A DNA stretch of 56,970 nucleotides from the NCBI GenBank assembly GCA_050300875.1, contig JBNKYL010000089.1, positions 1 to 56,970 on the forward strand, given 5' to 3'. The stretch is from Paracoccaceae bacterium (GTDB lineage Bacteria; Pseudomonadota; Alphaproteobacteria; Rhodobacterales; Rhodobacteraceae). This document shows, piece after piece, positions 26,732-37,476 of the stretch. Each line of letters begins with the position of its first letter. The stretch's first letter is position 1. The notes under the pieces were generated by a model. It had not been told where the DNA came from and did no database searches. It was given only the letters and a program-made list of their open reading frames with translations. The position numbers and the translations under genes were made by a program.

Positions 26732-26879
26732 CAAGGCCGCGTTTTGCGTGCAATCGTTCACCGTTCGGTGTGTTAACCGTTATTTCACCCACAATCCGCT
26801 TGAATCCTGCACATCGCGCAATTTAGCTTAAATTGTACGATCGGGTTGGGGAGCCCGCTTCAGGACGGAGGTATCACCG

Positions 26880-28772
26880 ATGAACGTTGAACGTAGCAAG
26901 GCCTTGGCCGCCAGCATGTCTGCGCGTCTGGGTATGGCGGCGATGGCCGGCGGTCTGATCGCGGGTTTGTTCTGGGCGGGGCAGGCCTGGGGGCAGGACA
27001 CGATCACCAGCCACGGGTTCACCTTTCTGGGAACGCTGAAATACCCCGCCGATTACGAAAGGTTCGACTACGTTAACCCGGACGCGCCGAAGGGCGGCGA
27101 AATGGCGATGTGGACGCAAGGCACGTTCGACAGTTTCAACCCATATGCCCGCAAGGGTTCGCCCGGCTGGGGCGCGTCTATGGTCGTCGAACGGATCATG
27201 ACCGGCACCTATGACGAGATTGACGACAGTTATTGCCTGCTGTGCGAAACGTTGGAATATCCCGAAGACCAGTCCTGGGTGATCTTCAACCTCCGGCCGG
27301 AAGTCACGTTCAGCGATGGCACGCCGATGACGGCGCATGACGTGGTGTTCACGCATGAGTTGTTCATGGAGCAGGGGCTTGAAAGCTACCGGCTGGGCGT
27401 CGCGCGGATCATTGAAAGCGTCGAGGCGCTGGACGATCACCGCGTCAAGTTCACATTCGTGGCCGACAGCCCCAAGCGGGACCGCATCGGGCAGGCGGGA
27501 GCCAATGCCGTGATGTCGCAGAAATGGTGGGAAGAAACCGGTCACCGGCTGGACGAGTCGTTCCTTGATCCGATCGTGGGGACGGGGCCCTATGTTCTGG
27601 AAAGCTATGAGATCAACGAACAGGTGGTCTATCGCTACAACCCCGATTACTGGGGCCGCGACCTGCCGATGAATGTCGGCACCAACAATTTCGAAACCTA
27701 CCGGGTGGAATATTTCGGCGATTCAGCCGCCGCCTTCGAAGGGTTCAAGGCTGGCGAATACACGTTCCGCACCGAAAACTCGTCGAAGGAATGGGCCACC
27801 GCCTATGATTTCCCGGCGCTGAATGACGGCTATGTCATCAAGGCGGAAATCCCCGATGGCACCATGGCGTCTGGACAGGCCTTTATCTTCAACCTGCGCC
27901 GCCCGCAGTTTCAGGACATTCGAACCCGCGAAGCGATCAGCCTGATGTTCAATTTCGAATGGTCCAATGAATCGCTGTTCTACGGGCTGTATGAGCGGAT
28001 CAATTCGTTCACCGAAAACTCGTATCTGGAAGCGACGGGCCTGCCGCCTGCGGACGAATTGGAATACCTGGAACCCATCGCGGACCTTTTGCAGCCCGGC
28101 GTGATCGATGGCGAGCCAGTGTCGGGCGCCGTGTCGGGTACCCGCCAGTTGGACCGCGCCAATGCGCGCAAGGCCTCGGCTTTGCTGGACGAAGCGGGCT
28201 GGATGGTTGGCGATGACGGGATTCGTCGTAATGCGGCGGGCGAAACGTTGCGGGTGGAAATCCTGGAACGCAGCCCGGCCTTTGACCGGATCATCAACCC
28301 GTTCGTGGACAACCTTCGGGCCATTGGCGTCGATGCCTCGCTGAACCGGGTGGATCAGGCACAATGGATCGACCGTCGCTATGCGTTCGACTATGACGTC
28401 GTCACTGGCAGCCTGTCGCTTGGTTATGAACCGGGGTCAGGAACCGCTCAGACATTTGGGTCGGAAGAGGCGGATGTGTCGGTCTTCAATGCAATGGGTC
28501 TGAAGGACCCTGCCGTTGACGCGCTGATCGACCGCATCCGCAATATCGAAACGCAGGAAGAACTGGACCCCGCGGTGCGTGCGCTGGACCGCGTGCTGCG
28601 GTCGCTGCGCTTCGTCGTGCCGCAATGGTACAAGGATGTTCACACTGTCGCCTATTACGACATCTTCGAATATCCCGATCCGCTGCCGCCCTACGGGCTG
28701 GGCAATATGGATTTGTGGTGGTTCAATGCGGAAAAATACGAGGCTTTGAAAGCCGCAGGCGTTTTGCGCTAG
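26880..28772 (+). CDS. yejA: Family-5 ABC substrate-binding protein (microcin C / peptide importer YejA type)
   Basis: The 630-aa product has a signal peptide. Its size and neighbours (YejB, YejE and a fused double ATPase YejF) are diagnostic of the operon. Confidence 0.8.
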   Translation: MNVERSKALAASMSARLGMAAMAGGLIAGLFWAGQAWGQDTITSHGFTFLGTLKYPADYERFDYVNPDAPKGGEMAMWTQGTFDSFNPYARKGSPGWGASMVVERIMTGTYDEIDDSYCLLCETLEYPEDQSWVIFNLRPEVTFSDGTPMTAHDVVFTHELFMEQGLESYRLGVARIIESVEALDDHRVKFTFVADSPKRDRIGQAGANAVMSQKWWEETGHRLDESFLDPIVGTGPYVLESYEINEQVVYRYNPDYWGRDLPMNVGTNNFETYRVEYFGDSAAAFEGFKAGEYTFRTENSSKEWATAYDFPALNDGYVIKAEIPDGTMASGQAFIFNLRRPQFQDIRTREAISLMFNFEWSNESLFYGLYERINSFTENSYLEATGLPPADELEYLEPIADLLQPGVIDGEPVSGAVSGTRQLDRANARKASALLDEAGWMVGDDGIRRNAAGETLRVEILERSPAFDRIINPFVDNLRAIGVDASLNRVDQAQWIDRRYAFDYDVVTGSLSLGYEPGSGTAQTFGSEEADVSVFNAMGLKDPAVDALIDRIRNIETQEELDPAVRALDRVLRSLRFVVPQWYKDVHTVAYYDIFEYPDPLPPYGLGNMDLWWFNAEKYEALKAAGVLR

Positions 28773-28787
28773 GGGGTAGCCGAAGGA

Positions 28788-29891
28788 ATGGGCGCATATA
28801 TCGTCAGGCGATTGCTGCTCGTCATTCCGACATTGCTGGGCATGATGCTGGTCAATTTCGCGTTGATCCAGTTTGTGCCGGGCGGCCCGGTCGAACAGAT
28901 CATTGCTGAACTGACTGGCGCAGGTGATGTTCTGGAAACCATCACCGGTGGTGCACAGGAAACGACCCAGAACCAGTCCATCGGGACCGAGGCGGTCAGC
29001 GGGTCCAAGGACTATGTCGGCGCGCGTGGTCTGCCGCCGGAATTCATTGCCGAACTGGAAAAGCAGTTCGGGTTGGACAAGCCGCCGGTCGAACGTTTTT
29101 TGATGATGATGTGGAATTACCTGCGCTTCGATTTTGGGGACAGTTATTTCCGGGATCAGAACGTGGTCGAACTGGTGATCGAACGGCTGCCGGTGTCGCT
29201 GTCACTGGGCGTCTGGGCGACGCTGATTTCCTATTTGATTTCGATCCCCTTGGGCATTCGCAAAGCGGTCAATGACGGGTCGGCCTTTGACGCCTGGACA
29301 TCGGGTGCCATCATCGCAGGGGCAGCGATCCCGGGCTTTTTGTTCGCCATTTTGTTGCTGGTGCTGTTCGCGGGCGGGTCCTATTGGCAGATATTCCCTT
29401 TGCGAGGGCTGGTCAGTTCGAACTGGGAAGAGTTGAGCCTGCTCGGCAAGATCGGCGACTATTTCTGGCACATGACATTGCCGATCATCGCACTGTCCAT
29501 CGGGGGTTTTGCGGGCCTGACGCTGCTGACCAAGAATAGTTTCCTGGACGAGATCAAGAAGCAGTACGTGATCACGGCGCGCGCCAAGGGGTTGAGTGAA
29601 CGCAAGGTTCTGTATGGCCACGTCTTCCGCAACGCCATGCTGATCGTGATCGCCGGATTTCCGGCCATGTTCATCGGCATTTTCTTTTCCGGTTCGCTGA
29701 TTATCGAAACGCTGTTCTCGCTGGATGGCTTGGGGCGGCTGGGCTACGAGGCGGCGTTGCAGCGGGATTATCCGATTCTGTTCGGGTCGCTTTATATCGG
29801 CGCGCTGATCGGGTTGCTGGTCGGGATCATCAGTGACCTGATGTATGTCTTCATCGACCCGCGCATCGATTTCGAGGCGCGCAATACATGA
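28788..29891 (+). CDS. yejB: ABC peptide-transporter permease
   Basis: It has a DppB/OppB-like N-terminus (YIVRRLLLVIPTLLGMMLVNFALIQFVPGGP) and a BPD_transp_1 EAA loop. Confidence 0.85.
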   Translation: MGAYIVRRLLLVIPTLLGMMLVNFALIQFVPGGPVEQIIAELTGAGDVLETITGGAQETTQNQSIGTEAVSGSKDYVGARGLPPEFIAELEKQFGLDKPPVERFLMMMWNYLRFDFGDSYFRDQNVVELVIERLPVSLSLGVWATLISYLISIPLGIRKAVNDGSAFDAWTSGAIIAGAAIPGFLFAILLLVLFAGGSYWQIFPLRGLVSSNWEELSLLGKIGDYFWHMTLPIIALSIGGFAGLTLLTKNSFLDEIKKQYVITARAKGLSERKVLYGHVFRNAMLIVIAGFPAMFIGIFFSGSLIIETLFSLDGLGRLGYEAALQRDYPILFGSLYIGALIGLLVGIISDLMYVFIDPRIDFEARNT

Positions 29892-31045
29892 GTGCCGCCC
29901 CTGATACCCCCAAGGCGCCGCCGATCAAGACCGGGCGTTGGCAGCTGTCACCGCTGAACCGCCGTCGACTGAAGAATTTCAAGCGCAACCGGCGCGCGGT
30001 CTGGTCGCTTTGGATTTTCCTGGCCTTGTTCGGCCTGTCGCTGATTGCTGAATTCATCGCCAATGAACGGCCCGTTTTGGTCAGCTATCAGGGTGAATGG
30101 CGGATGCCGATCCGAACGTTCTATCCCGAGACCGCCTTTGGTGGAGATTTCCAGACCGAGGCGATTTACGGCGACATAGAGGTGCAGTGCCTGATCATAT
30201 CGGGCGGGCATCAGGCCTGTTGGGACGACCCGGAAGGCACGATCGAGGCGGCGCGGGCCGGTTCGATTGAAGGCGAACCGGTGGATGCCGGTTGGATCCT
30301 TTGGGCGCCGATCCGCTATTCCTATGACACCCATTCCGACCAGCCGGGGGCTGCGCCGGGTGCGCCGACGGGTGTGCATTGGCTGGGCACCGATGATCAG
30401 AAACGTGATGTGGTAGCGCGCGTGCTTTACGGTTTTCGCCTGTCGGTCTTCTTCGCCGCTTTGGTCGTGTCGGTCAGTTCCGTTCTGGGCATTATCGCAG
30501 GCGCCTTGCAGGGCTATTTCGGCGGCTGGACCGATCTGATTTTCCAGCGGGTTCTGGAAATCTACGGTTCAACCCCGTCGCTTTACGTCATCATCATTGT
30601 CGTGGCGGCGCTTGGCCGGTCCTTCTGGCTACTGGTCATTCTGACGATCCTGTTCGGTTGGCCCGCATTGGTGGGCGTGGTGCGCGCGGAGTTCCTGCGT
30701 GCGCGCAACTTCGAATATGTGCGCGCGGCGCGGGCGCTGGGCGTTTCAGACTGGAAGATCATGTTCCGCCACATGCTGCCCAACGCGATGGTGGCCACGC
30801 TGACGCTGTTGCCCTTCATCGTGACCGGCGCCATCGGCACCTTGGCGGGGCTGGATTTTCTGGGCTTCGGGTTGCCTTCTTCGGCACCGTCACTGGGTGA
30901 GCTGACCTTGCAGGCCAAGCAAAACCTGCAAGCCGAGTGGTTGGGCCTGACGGCGTTCATTACCTATGCAGTGATCATGTCGTTGCTGGTCTTCATCTTC
31001 GAAGGCGTGCGCGATGCCTTCGATCCGCGAAAGACGTTTCAATGA
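29888..31045 (+). CDS. yejE: ABC peptide-transporter permease
   Basis: It is a DppC/OppC-like permease (HWLGTDDQKRDVVARVLYG). It has 4-nt overlaps with both neighbours. Confidence 0.85.
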   Translation: MSAAPDTPKAPPIKTGRWQLSPLNRRRLKNFKRNRRAVWSLWIFLALFGLSLIAEFIANERPVLVSYQGEWRMPIRTFYPETAFGGDFQTEAIYGDIEVQCLIISGGHQACWDDPEGTIEAARAGSIEGEPVDAGWILWAPIRYSYDTHSDQPGAAPGAPTGVHWLGTDDQKRDVVARVLYGFRLSVFFAALVVSVSSVLGIIAGALQGYFGGWTDLIFQRVLEIYGSTPSLYVIIIVVAALGRSFWLLVILTILFGWPALVGVVRAEFLRARNFEYVRAARALGVSDWKIMFRHMLPNAMVATLTLLPFIVTGAIGTLAGLDFLGFGLPSSAPSLGELTLQAKQNLQAEWLGLTAFITYAVIMSLLVFIFEGVRDAFDPRKTFQ

Positions 31046-32634
31046 GCGGCGTTCTGACGGTCGAAAATCTGTCGGTCGCCTTCCGCCAGGACGGGCAACG
31101 GCACGTGGCCGTTGATGGCGTGTCCTTCGACATTGGTCGGGGCGAAACGCTGGCGCTGGTCGGCGAAAGCGGGTCGGGCAAATCGGTGACGGCCCTGTCG
31201 ACCGTCAACCTTTTGCCGGGCAGCGCAGAAGTCACCGGGTCGATCAGCTACGAGGGGCGCGAAATGGTCGGCGCGTCCGAACGCCTGCTGCGGCAGGTGC
31301 GCGGAAATGACATCAGCTTCATCTTTCAGGAGCCGATGACGTCGCTGAACCCGCTTCACACACTGGAAAAGCAACTGGCTGAATCCATTGCTCTGCATCA
31401 GGGGCTGGTGGGCGATGCCGCGCGCACGCGGATCGTGGAAATGCTGACCAAGGTTGGCATTCGCGATGCCGAAAGCCGATTGAATTCCTATCCGCACCAA
31501 TTGTCCGGCGGTCAGCGGCAACGGGTGATGATCGCAATGGCGCTGGCCAACGGTCCTGATCTGCTGATCGCCGATGAACCGACAACCGCGCTGGATGTGA
31601 CGATTCAGGCGCAGATCCTTGATCTGTTGGCCGATCTGAAACGCACCGAAGACATGTCGATGCTGTTCATCACCCATGATCTGAACATCGTCCAGCGTAT
31701 CGCCGACCGGGTTTGCGTGATGAAGGATGGCAAGATCGTCGAACAAGGGGCGACAGCCGAGATTTTCGCCAATCCACAGCACCCCTACACCAAAATGTTG
31801 CTTGCGGCCGGCGCGACGGGGCTGCCGGACCCGGTGCCTGACGGCGCGGAGGTGGTGGCCGAAACCCGCGATCTGCGAATCTGGTTTCCGATCTATCGTG
31901 GCCTGCTGAAACGTGTCGTGGGCCACATAAAGGCGGTCAATTCCGCGACACTGTCTGTTCGCGAAGGCGAAACCGTCGGCATCGTGGGCGAAAGCGGGTC
32001 GGGCAAGACCACGCTGGCGCTGGCAATGATGCGTCTGATTTCTTCGGATGGGCCAGTGGTGTTCCTTGGGCAGGACATACAGGGCTGGAAGAACCGGGAA
32101 ATGCGAGAACTGCGTCGCGATATGCAGATCGTGTTTCAGGATCCGTATGGGTCGCTATCCCCACGCATGAGCTGTGCCGAGATAATTTCTGAAGGTCTGG
32201 GCGTCCATGGCGTAGAACCGGGGCAGGATGTGCGCGAAATGGTGGCGGGTGTCATGGCCGAGGTCGGATTGGATCCGGCCATGATGGATCGCTATCCTCA
32301 CGAATTTTCCGGCGGCCAGCGCCAGCGCATCGCCATTGCGCGCGCAATGATCCTGCGGCCGCGTTTGCTGGTTCTGGATGAACCGACATCGGCACTGGAC
32401 ATGACGGTTCAGGCACAGATCGTGGACCTGTTGCGGGACCTGCAACGCAAGTACAAGCTCGCCTTCCTTTTCATCAGTCACGATCTGCGCGTCGTGCGGG
32501 CGCTTTCACACAAAGTGATCGTGATGAAGCAAGGGGATATCGTGGAAGAAGGGACAGCCGAAGCGGTCTTTTCCGATCCGAAATCCGACTACACGCGAAC
32601 TTTGATGGAAGCGGCCTTCGCTGAAGGGGCCTAG
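31042..32634 (+). CDS. yejF: Fused double-ATPase ABC component
   Basis: It has two complete ABC cassettes (GESGSGKS twice, LSGGQRQR and FSGGQRQR). The ATG at 31042 overlaps the yejE stop as ATGA. Confidence 0.9.
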   Translation: MSGVLTVENLSVAFRQDGQRHVAVDGVSFDIGRGETLALVGESGSGKSVTALSTVNLLPGSAEVTGSISYEGREMVGASERLLRQVRGNDISFIFQEPMTSLNPLHTLEKQLAESIALHQGLVGDAARTRIVEMLTKVGIRDAESRLNSYPHQLSGGQRQRVMIAMALANGPDLLIADEPTTALDVTIQAQILDLLADLKRTEDMSMLFITHDLNIVQRIADRVCVMKDGKIVEQGATAEIFANPQHPYTKMLLAAGATGLPDPVPDGAEVVAETRDLRIWFPIYRGLLKRVVGHIKAVNSATLSVREGETVGIVGESGSGKTTLALAMMRLISSDGPVVFLGQDIQGWKNREMRELRRDMQIVFQDPYGSLSPRMSCAEIISEGLGVHGVEPGQDVREMVAGVMAEVGLDPAMMDRYPHEFSGGQRQRIAIARAMILRPRLLVLDEPTSALDMTVQAQIVDLLRDLQRKYKLAFLFISHDLRVVRALSHKVIVMKQGDIVEEGTAEAVFSDPKSDYTRTLMEAAFAEGA

Positions 32635-32671
32635 GTTACCCCGTTCGGCCCGCGCATGTGCCGCGTGGCGG

Positions 32672-34711
32672 TCAACGTTGTCCTTCGCGCAGCCAAGCCC
32701 ATATCGCCACGCCGGCGGCAAGCAAGAACGCGAGCCAGGTCGGCATCAGGGGTCGCAGGGTCACGGATGTCGTCAAGGATGCCGAGCGTGGTGTCAGGCC
32801 GATCCAACCCCTGCCGCCCGCCACCCGGCCTGGCGGGACCCAACGGATCTGCGGCATGCCTGCTGACAATGCGATCGCGTCCCCCCGGTTTGCGGCCAGC
32901 ACCCCAGCCATCTTTTCGGGTGACGCGACGGTTTCTTCAAACTCCTTGGGCGCTGATGGCCCGAGTGCTGCGACTGTACTGATCGTGCCATCGCTCAGCC
33001 GGTAAAGGCCGATATCGGGCCCGTCATAGTCGCCGGTAAACCGGCCCGCGCCGTCCGGGATCAAGGCAAGGCTGTCGGTTTGGCCATCGGGGCGGGTGAT
33101 GACCAGTTGGTCCGGCGTTTCGGTAAGGCTGCGGCGGGTGATGGTCATGTGCTGACCTTCTGCCGTAACCGACAGCGCCTCTTCCTCCAGCTCCGGCTCT
33201 TTCATCATCCAGTGGGCCAGGCGCCGCAGCAGTTCCAGTTGCGGGCCGCCATTCTGGTAGCCGCGCGACCAAAGCCAGGCCTGATCTGACCCAAGCACCG
33301 CAACGCGGCCTTCGCCGACGCGGTCCAGCACCAAGAGCGGCGCGTCATTGATACCGTTCATCACCACCTGGCCACCGGTCGGTTCCAGTTCGATCTGGCG
33401 CAACCAGTCGCCCCAGTTGCCATCCATGCCTTCAGTGACGGGGTGGCGCTGGCCAAGATCGCTTACCATCGGTTTGAAGGCCTGTTCCAGGACCCGGCCG
33501 GTGGGTGCAAGCGGCAGCATGTCGCCAATCGGAGAATGGAAAAGCGAATTGGCCGTGGCAAATTCCGGACCCGCTGCGATCAGCACAGCGCCGCCGCCTT
33601 GGACATAGGCGCGGATATTGTCCAGATACTGGTTGGGCAGGATCCCGCGCCGCCGGTAGCGGTCGAAAATGATCAGGTCAAATTCGTCGATCTTGTCGAG
33701 GAACAGTTCACGTGTCGGAAAGGCGATCAGCGACAATTCACTGACAGGCACGCCATCCTGTTTTTCGGGTGGCCGCAGGATTGTGAAATGCACAAGGTCC
33801 ACCGCGCTGTCCGATTTCAGCAGGTTGCGCCAGGTGCGCCCGCCGGGATGCGGTTCGCCCGACACCAGCAGAACCGACAGGCGGTCCCGCACGCCGTTGA
33901 TCTGCACCACGGCGGCATTGTTGCGATCAGTCAGTTCGCCTGTGGCCGTGGGCAGGGACAGGTGCAGCACATTAATGCCGCCATGGGGCAGGTTGACCTG
34001 CAATTCCAGCGCTTCGCCGACCTCGACAGGGAAGGAGATCGGTGGGTCGCCGTCCACAGATATCGCCAGGTCCAAAAGGCCGGGGGCGGCAGGGGCGGCG
34101 CCTTGGTCTTCAATACGCACGCGCAGCGTCACTGGTTCGCCAAGGATGGCAAAGGCCGGCGCGCTTTCGACAATCAGGCGTCGATCCCAATCGTCTGGTT
34201 GGCCGGTCATCAGCAGGTGCATAGGTGCAGGCAGGTCAGGTGCAAGCGGGGCGTCATGGACCAGCCCGTCGCCGACCATGATCACGCCTGCCAGGCGATC
34301 CGCGGGGATGTCGGCCAGGGCATTGGCCAGTTCACCCATGGCGAGCGTACCGGCATTGTCCGGCCCGTCACCGACGACCACTTCGCGAAGTTCTGCCCCG
34401 TCACGGGCGGCAATCGCCGCGGCAATGGCCCGACGGGCGGTTTCGGTCTGTTCGGGACGGTCGGCGATGGATTGGCTGGCGGTTTCATCAGTCACCATCA
34501 CGACGATGTCGGATAGGGGATCACGTTCTTCGAGTTGCAAGGAAGGGTTGGCAATCGCGCCCAGGATCAAAGCCGCCGCAATCCCACGCAACGGCCAACC
34601 CGCCAGCCCGCGCCAGATACCGAAGGCCAAAAGGCCGAAAAGACCGCCGCCCAACGCAAGCATCGCGCCCCAAGGCAGGAGTGGGTCGAAAATGACGGAT
34701 GACAGGTTCAC
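32672..34711 (-). CDS. Large membrane protein (679 aa), fourth gene of the MoxR module
   Basis: It has two N-terminal TM helices and one C-terminal TM helice, with a ~600-aa central region. It has an ATGA overlap with the upstream gene. I recognise no catalytic motif. Confidence 0.7.
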   Translation of the reverse strand: MNLSSVIFDPLLPWGAMLALGGGLFGLLAFGIWRGLAGWPLRGIAAALILGAIANPSLQLEERDPLSDIVVMVTDETASQSIADRPEQTETARRAIAAAIAARDGAELREVVVGDGPDNAGTLAMGELANALADIPADRLAGVIMVGDGLVHDAPLAPDLPAPMHLLMTGQPDDWDRRLIVESAPAFAILGEPVTLRVRIEDQGAAPAAPGLLDLAISVDGDPPISFPVEVGEALELQVNLPHGGINVLHLSLPTATGELTDRNNAAVVQINGVRDRLSVLLVSGEPHPGGRTWRNLLKSDSAVDLVHFTILRPPEKQDGVPVSELSLIAFPTRELFLDKIDEFDLIIFDRYRRRGILPNQYLDNIRAYVQGGGAVLIAAGPEFATANSLFHSPIGDMLPLAPTGRVLEQAFKPMVSDLGQRHPVTEGMDGNWGDWLRQIELEPTGGQVVMNGINDAPLLVLDRVGEGRVAVLGSDQAWLWSRGYQNGGPQLELLRRLAHWMMKEPELEEEALSVTAEGQHMTITRRSLTETPDQLVITRPDGQTDSLALIPDGAGRFTGDYDGPDIGLYRLSDGTISTVAALGPSAPKEFEETVASPEKMAGVLAANRGDAIALSAGMPQIRWVPPGRVAGGRGWIGLTPRSASLTTSVTLRPLMPTWLAFLLAAGVAIWAWLREGQR

Positions 34712-37476
34712 TGGCCCAGCCTTTCCAGCAGAGCCGGCACATGCACCTGATCGGATTTGTAGTTGCCGGTCAGCACATGCATCACCAGGTTGACGCCAAA
34801 TCTGATTGCGTACTCCCGCTGGCGTTCGCCTGTCAGCCCGCGCCCGACCGGGTACATCCAGTTGCCCGCGCCGTCGATCGCCCAGGCCGCCGCCCAGTCA
34901 TTGCCGCCGATAACGACCGGCGTCACGTTGTCATTGAGATTGCGAAAAGGCATGCCTTCGGCCTGTTCTGCCCCAGGCGGCGCGGCCTCGACCCAGACGG
35001 GGCCGCCCGCATAGCGGCCCGGGAAATCCTGAAGCAGATAGAAGGTACGCGTCAGTATGTGATCGACCGGCACGGTTTCCAATGGCGGAATATCAAGCGG
35101 CAGAGCAAGCGCGCGCAGTTTTTCCGAATTCATGGAAGCCGCTCCGAGCCCTGCTGTGTTGGCGTCGCGCGTGTCGAACAGGATCATGCCGCCGCCACGC
35201 AGGTAGCGGTTCAGCCGGGCATAGGCCGCGTCCGATGGCAGATCCTGCCCGGGCGTCACCGGCCAGTAGAGCAGAGGAAAGAAGGCCAGTTCGTCACGTT
35301 CCAGATCGACACCAATCGGATCGGACGGCTCAACCGATGTGCGCGCGAAAAGCGCGTCGGACAGTCCCGTCAGCCCGGCCCGAGACACGGCATCGACTTG
35401 CGCATCGCCGGTACGGACATAGGCAAGAACAGTGTGCGTCGTGGCTTGAAGGGCGAAATCCTCGGCCGTTTGCGCTTGCGACGGTTCGGGCGCGCTTGCC
35501 ATCAAGGCAAAGGTCACAAGGCTTGCGGCGGCTAACCCGCGCGGACCGGTCAGGCGGCCTGAAATCCACAGCGTGGCCAGGATATCGACAGCCAAAAGGG
35601 CAAGCGCGGCAGCCAGCGCGTAGCCTTTCAATTGTTCCGGGCGCACGGTTTCAAGCCCTTGCACGGTTATGCGAGCCGGCCAAGTGGCGGGGATCAGTTC
35701 GCGATCCGCGGCAATGACGTTGAGCGCCAGAACGCGTTTTTCGCTGGCCCATGTGCCGGGCGGGGTGGCCCGGGATGCGCTGGCATTGATCAGGGTTTCG
35801 CCCGGAAGGGAATAGACCTGCGGCGATGGAACGGTCTCGCCAAAACCGTCGATCAGCGATTGGGCGATCCAGGTTGTGCCCGCCATATCCGCCGCATCCG
35901 GTCGGGCGGATCGCGTAGATACGGCGAGCCGTTCCAGCATCTGCACGAAAAGGCCCGACAAGGGCAGGCTGGACCATTCGGCATTGGCGGTGACGTGAAA
36001 CAGAACGACCTGGCCCTGACCGAGTTGTTTGCGCGTGACCAATGGTGTGCCATCGTCCAGGGCTGCGATGGTATGCGATGGAAGGTCCGGGTCAGGCTGG
36101 GCCAGCACCTGTGCGCTGATCTGAACGTCATTGGGGATGGTCAGGCCGTAGAATGGCGAATTGGGTGCGAACGCACGCAGGCTGCGGGGGTCGCCCCAGC
36201 TCATCGCGCCGCCAATTGACCTGCCGCCAACGCGCAGGCGCACCGGCAGAAGCGGGTCATCGTCCTGTCGGGCGATATCGCTGGCGGCCAGCCGCGGTCC
36301 CGCGAAACGGACCAGAAGCCCGCCTTGTTCCACCCAGTCCCGAATGCCCGAGGCTTCGGCTTCGGACAAGACCGCCACGTCGGCCAGAATGATCACATCG
36401 GGGTTGGCCGGCAGGATATCGGCCAGCGCGCCATCCAGCAGATCAGCCGTTGGCGATAGCGCTTGGCGCAGGAAATGTGACGGCGACAATAGCAGCAGGC
36501 CTTCGCGGTCTTCGCGACCGGAATATAGCGCCACTTCGCGCCGGCGCAGACTGTCGTCGGCCAGCGCCACGGCACCGGCGGAACGCCGCGCCTCGATCGT
36601 GAAACGCGTGAAGCGGTTGCGCAGTTCCGGTGGCACGACCAGGTCAAGCTGTGCTTCCTTTTCGCCGGATGCGAACCGAACGGGGGCCTGTGCCAGAACG
36701 CGACTGATCCCTGCGGGATCGGGGCCATGCGCGGCAAGAGTCAGTTCGGCATCGCCCACGCTATCTGCGCGGATTGCGGTCAGGCGGACCTTGCCATCTA
36801 GGAACTCGGCCGGGCGCAGCGCATAGAGCGGCGCGGGCGTGCCGACCACTGAAACAGGACCGCGTGCTTCGAACGCGGCCAGCAGGGGCGCGCGGTCGCG
36901 GTCCAGCCCGTCTGTCAGCCAAAGCGTATCGAAACTGCCGGTCAGGGCCGCGGCCCAGGCCCGAGCTTCCGCACCAGGTTCCCATGGTGCCGGAAGCAGC
37001 CCGGGCAGGCGCGATTGCCATTCGCTTGCGGCGGCGAACGGCACTGGACTTCCGGGTGGGGGGGGCTCCGTCAGGCGGATTACGGCCGTTGTTCGCCCGG
37101 TGCGCGCGGCTTCTTCCAGTTCGGCGGCGATCCGGTCGCTGCGCGCGTCCCAATCGGCAGCACTGGCCCAGCTTGCGTCGGTGACAATCAAAAGGGGGCC
37201 GGTTCGGTCCACGGTTTCCTGCGGGTTCAGGACCGGACCCGCGAAACCCAGGATAAGCGCGGCAATTGCCAGACTGCGCAGAGCCAATAGCCACCAAGGC
37301 GTGCGCTGCGTTTCGGGCTGGTCGTCGCGCAGGCCAAGCAAAAGCGATACGGCCGGGAAGATCAGCCTTTTTGGCGCAGGTGGCACCGCACGCAGGAGAA
37401 TCCACAAGATCGGCAGGCCCGCCAGCGCGGCCAGTAGCCACGGCGCAGTGAACCCAATGCCGAACAAGGAAAACAT
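34708..37476 (-). CDS. Giant membrane protein with a BatA_N-type double-TM N-terminus and a DUF4159-like C-terminus
   Basis: The N-terminus MFSLFGIGFTAPWLLAALAGLPILWILLR matches the aerotolerance-regulator N-terminal double-TM domain. The C-terminal block (FFPLLYWPVTPGQ...YLRGGGMILFDTRD) resembles DUF4159. The start ATG at 37474-37476 overlaps the DUF58 stop as TGATG. Confidence 0.75.
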   Translation of the reverse strand: MFSLFGIGFTAPWLLAALAGLPILWILLRAVPPAPKRLIFPAVSLLLGLRDDQPETQRTPWWLLALRSLAIAALILGFAGPVLNPQETVDRTGPLLIVTDASWASAADWDARSDRIAAELEEAARTGRTTAVIRLTEPPPPGSPVPFAAASEWQSRLPGLLPAPWEPGAEARAWAAALTGSFDTLWLTDGLDRDRAPLLAAFEARGPVSVVGTPAPLYALRPAEFLDGKVRLTAIRADSVGDAELTLAAHGPDPAGISRVLAQAPVRFASGEKEAQLDLVVPPELRNRFTRFTIEARRSAGAVALADDSLRRREVALYSGREDREGLLLLSPSHFLRQALSPTADLLDGALADILPANPDVIILADVAVLSEAEASGIRDWVEQGGLLVRFAGPRLAASDIARQDDDPLLPVRLRVGGRSIGGAMSWGDPRSLRAFAPNSPFYGLTIPNDVQISAQVLAQPDPDLPSHTIAALDDGTPLVTRKQLGQGQVVLFHVTANAEWSSLPLSGLFVQMLERLAVSTRSARPDAADMAGTTWIAQSLIDGFGETVPSPQVYSLPGETLINASASRATPPGTWASEKRVLALNVIAADRELIPATWPARITVQGLETVRPEQLKGYALAAALALLAVDILATLWISGRLTGPRGLAAASLVTFALMASAPEPSQAQTAEDFALQATTHTVLAYVRTGDAQVDAVSRAGLTGLSDALFARTSVEPSDPIGVDLERDELAFFPLLYWPVTPGQDLPSDAAYARLNRYLRGGGMILFDTRDANTAGLGAASMNSEKLRALALPLDIPPLETVPVDHILTRTFYLLQDFPGRYAGGPVWVEAAPPGAEQAEGMPFRNLNDNVTPVVIGGNDWAAAWAIDGAGNWMYPVGRGLTGERQREYAIRFGVNLVMHVLTGNYKSDQVHVPALLERLGQ

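Noticed and set aside
26880-32634. The yejABEF operon as a novel transporter
   Set aside because: It has the canonical gene order, sizes and motifs of the well-known YejABEF peptide/microcin C importer. Nothing about it is unusual.
33443-35740. Several 250-370-aa plus-strand ORFs (33443..34516, 33669..34793, 34699..35535, 35082..35717)
   Set aside because: All lie opposite the two large membrane-protein genes of the MoxR module. Those genes have TM topology and translational coupling. The shadow frames overlap each other and have no motifs.
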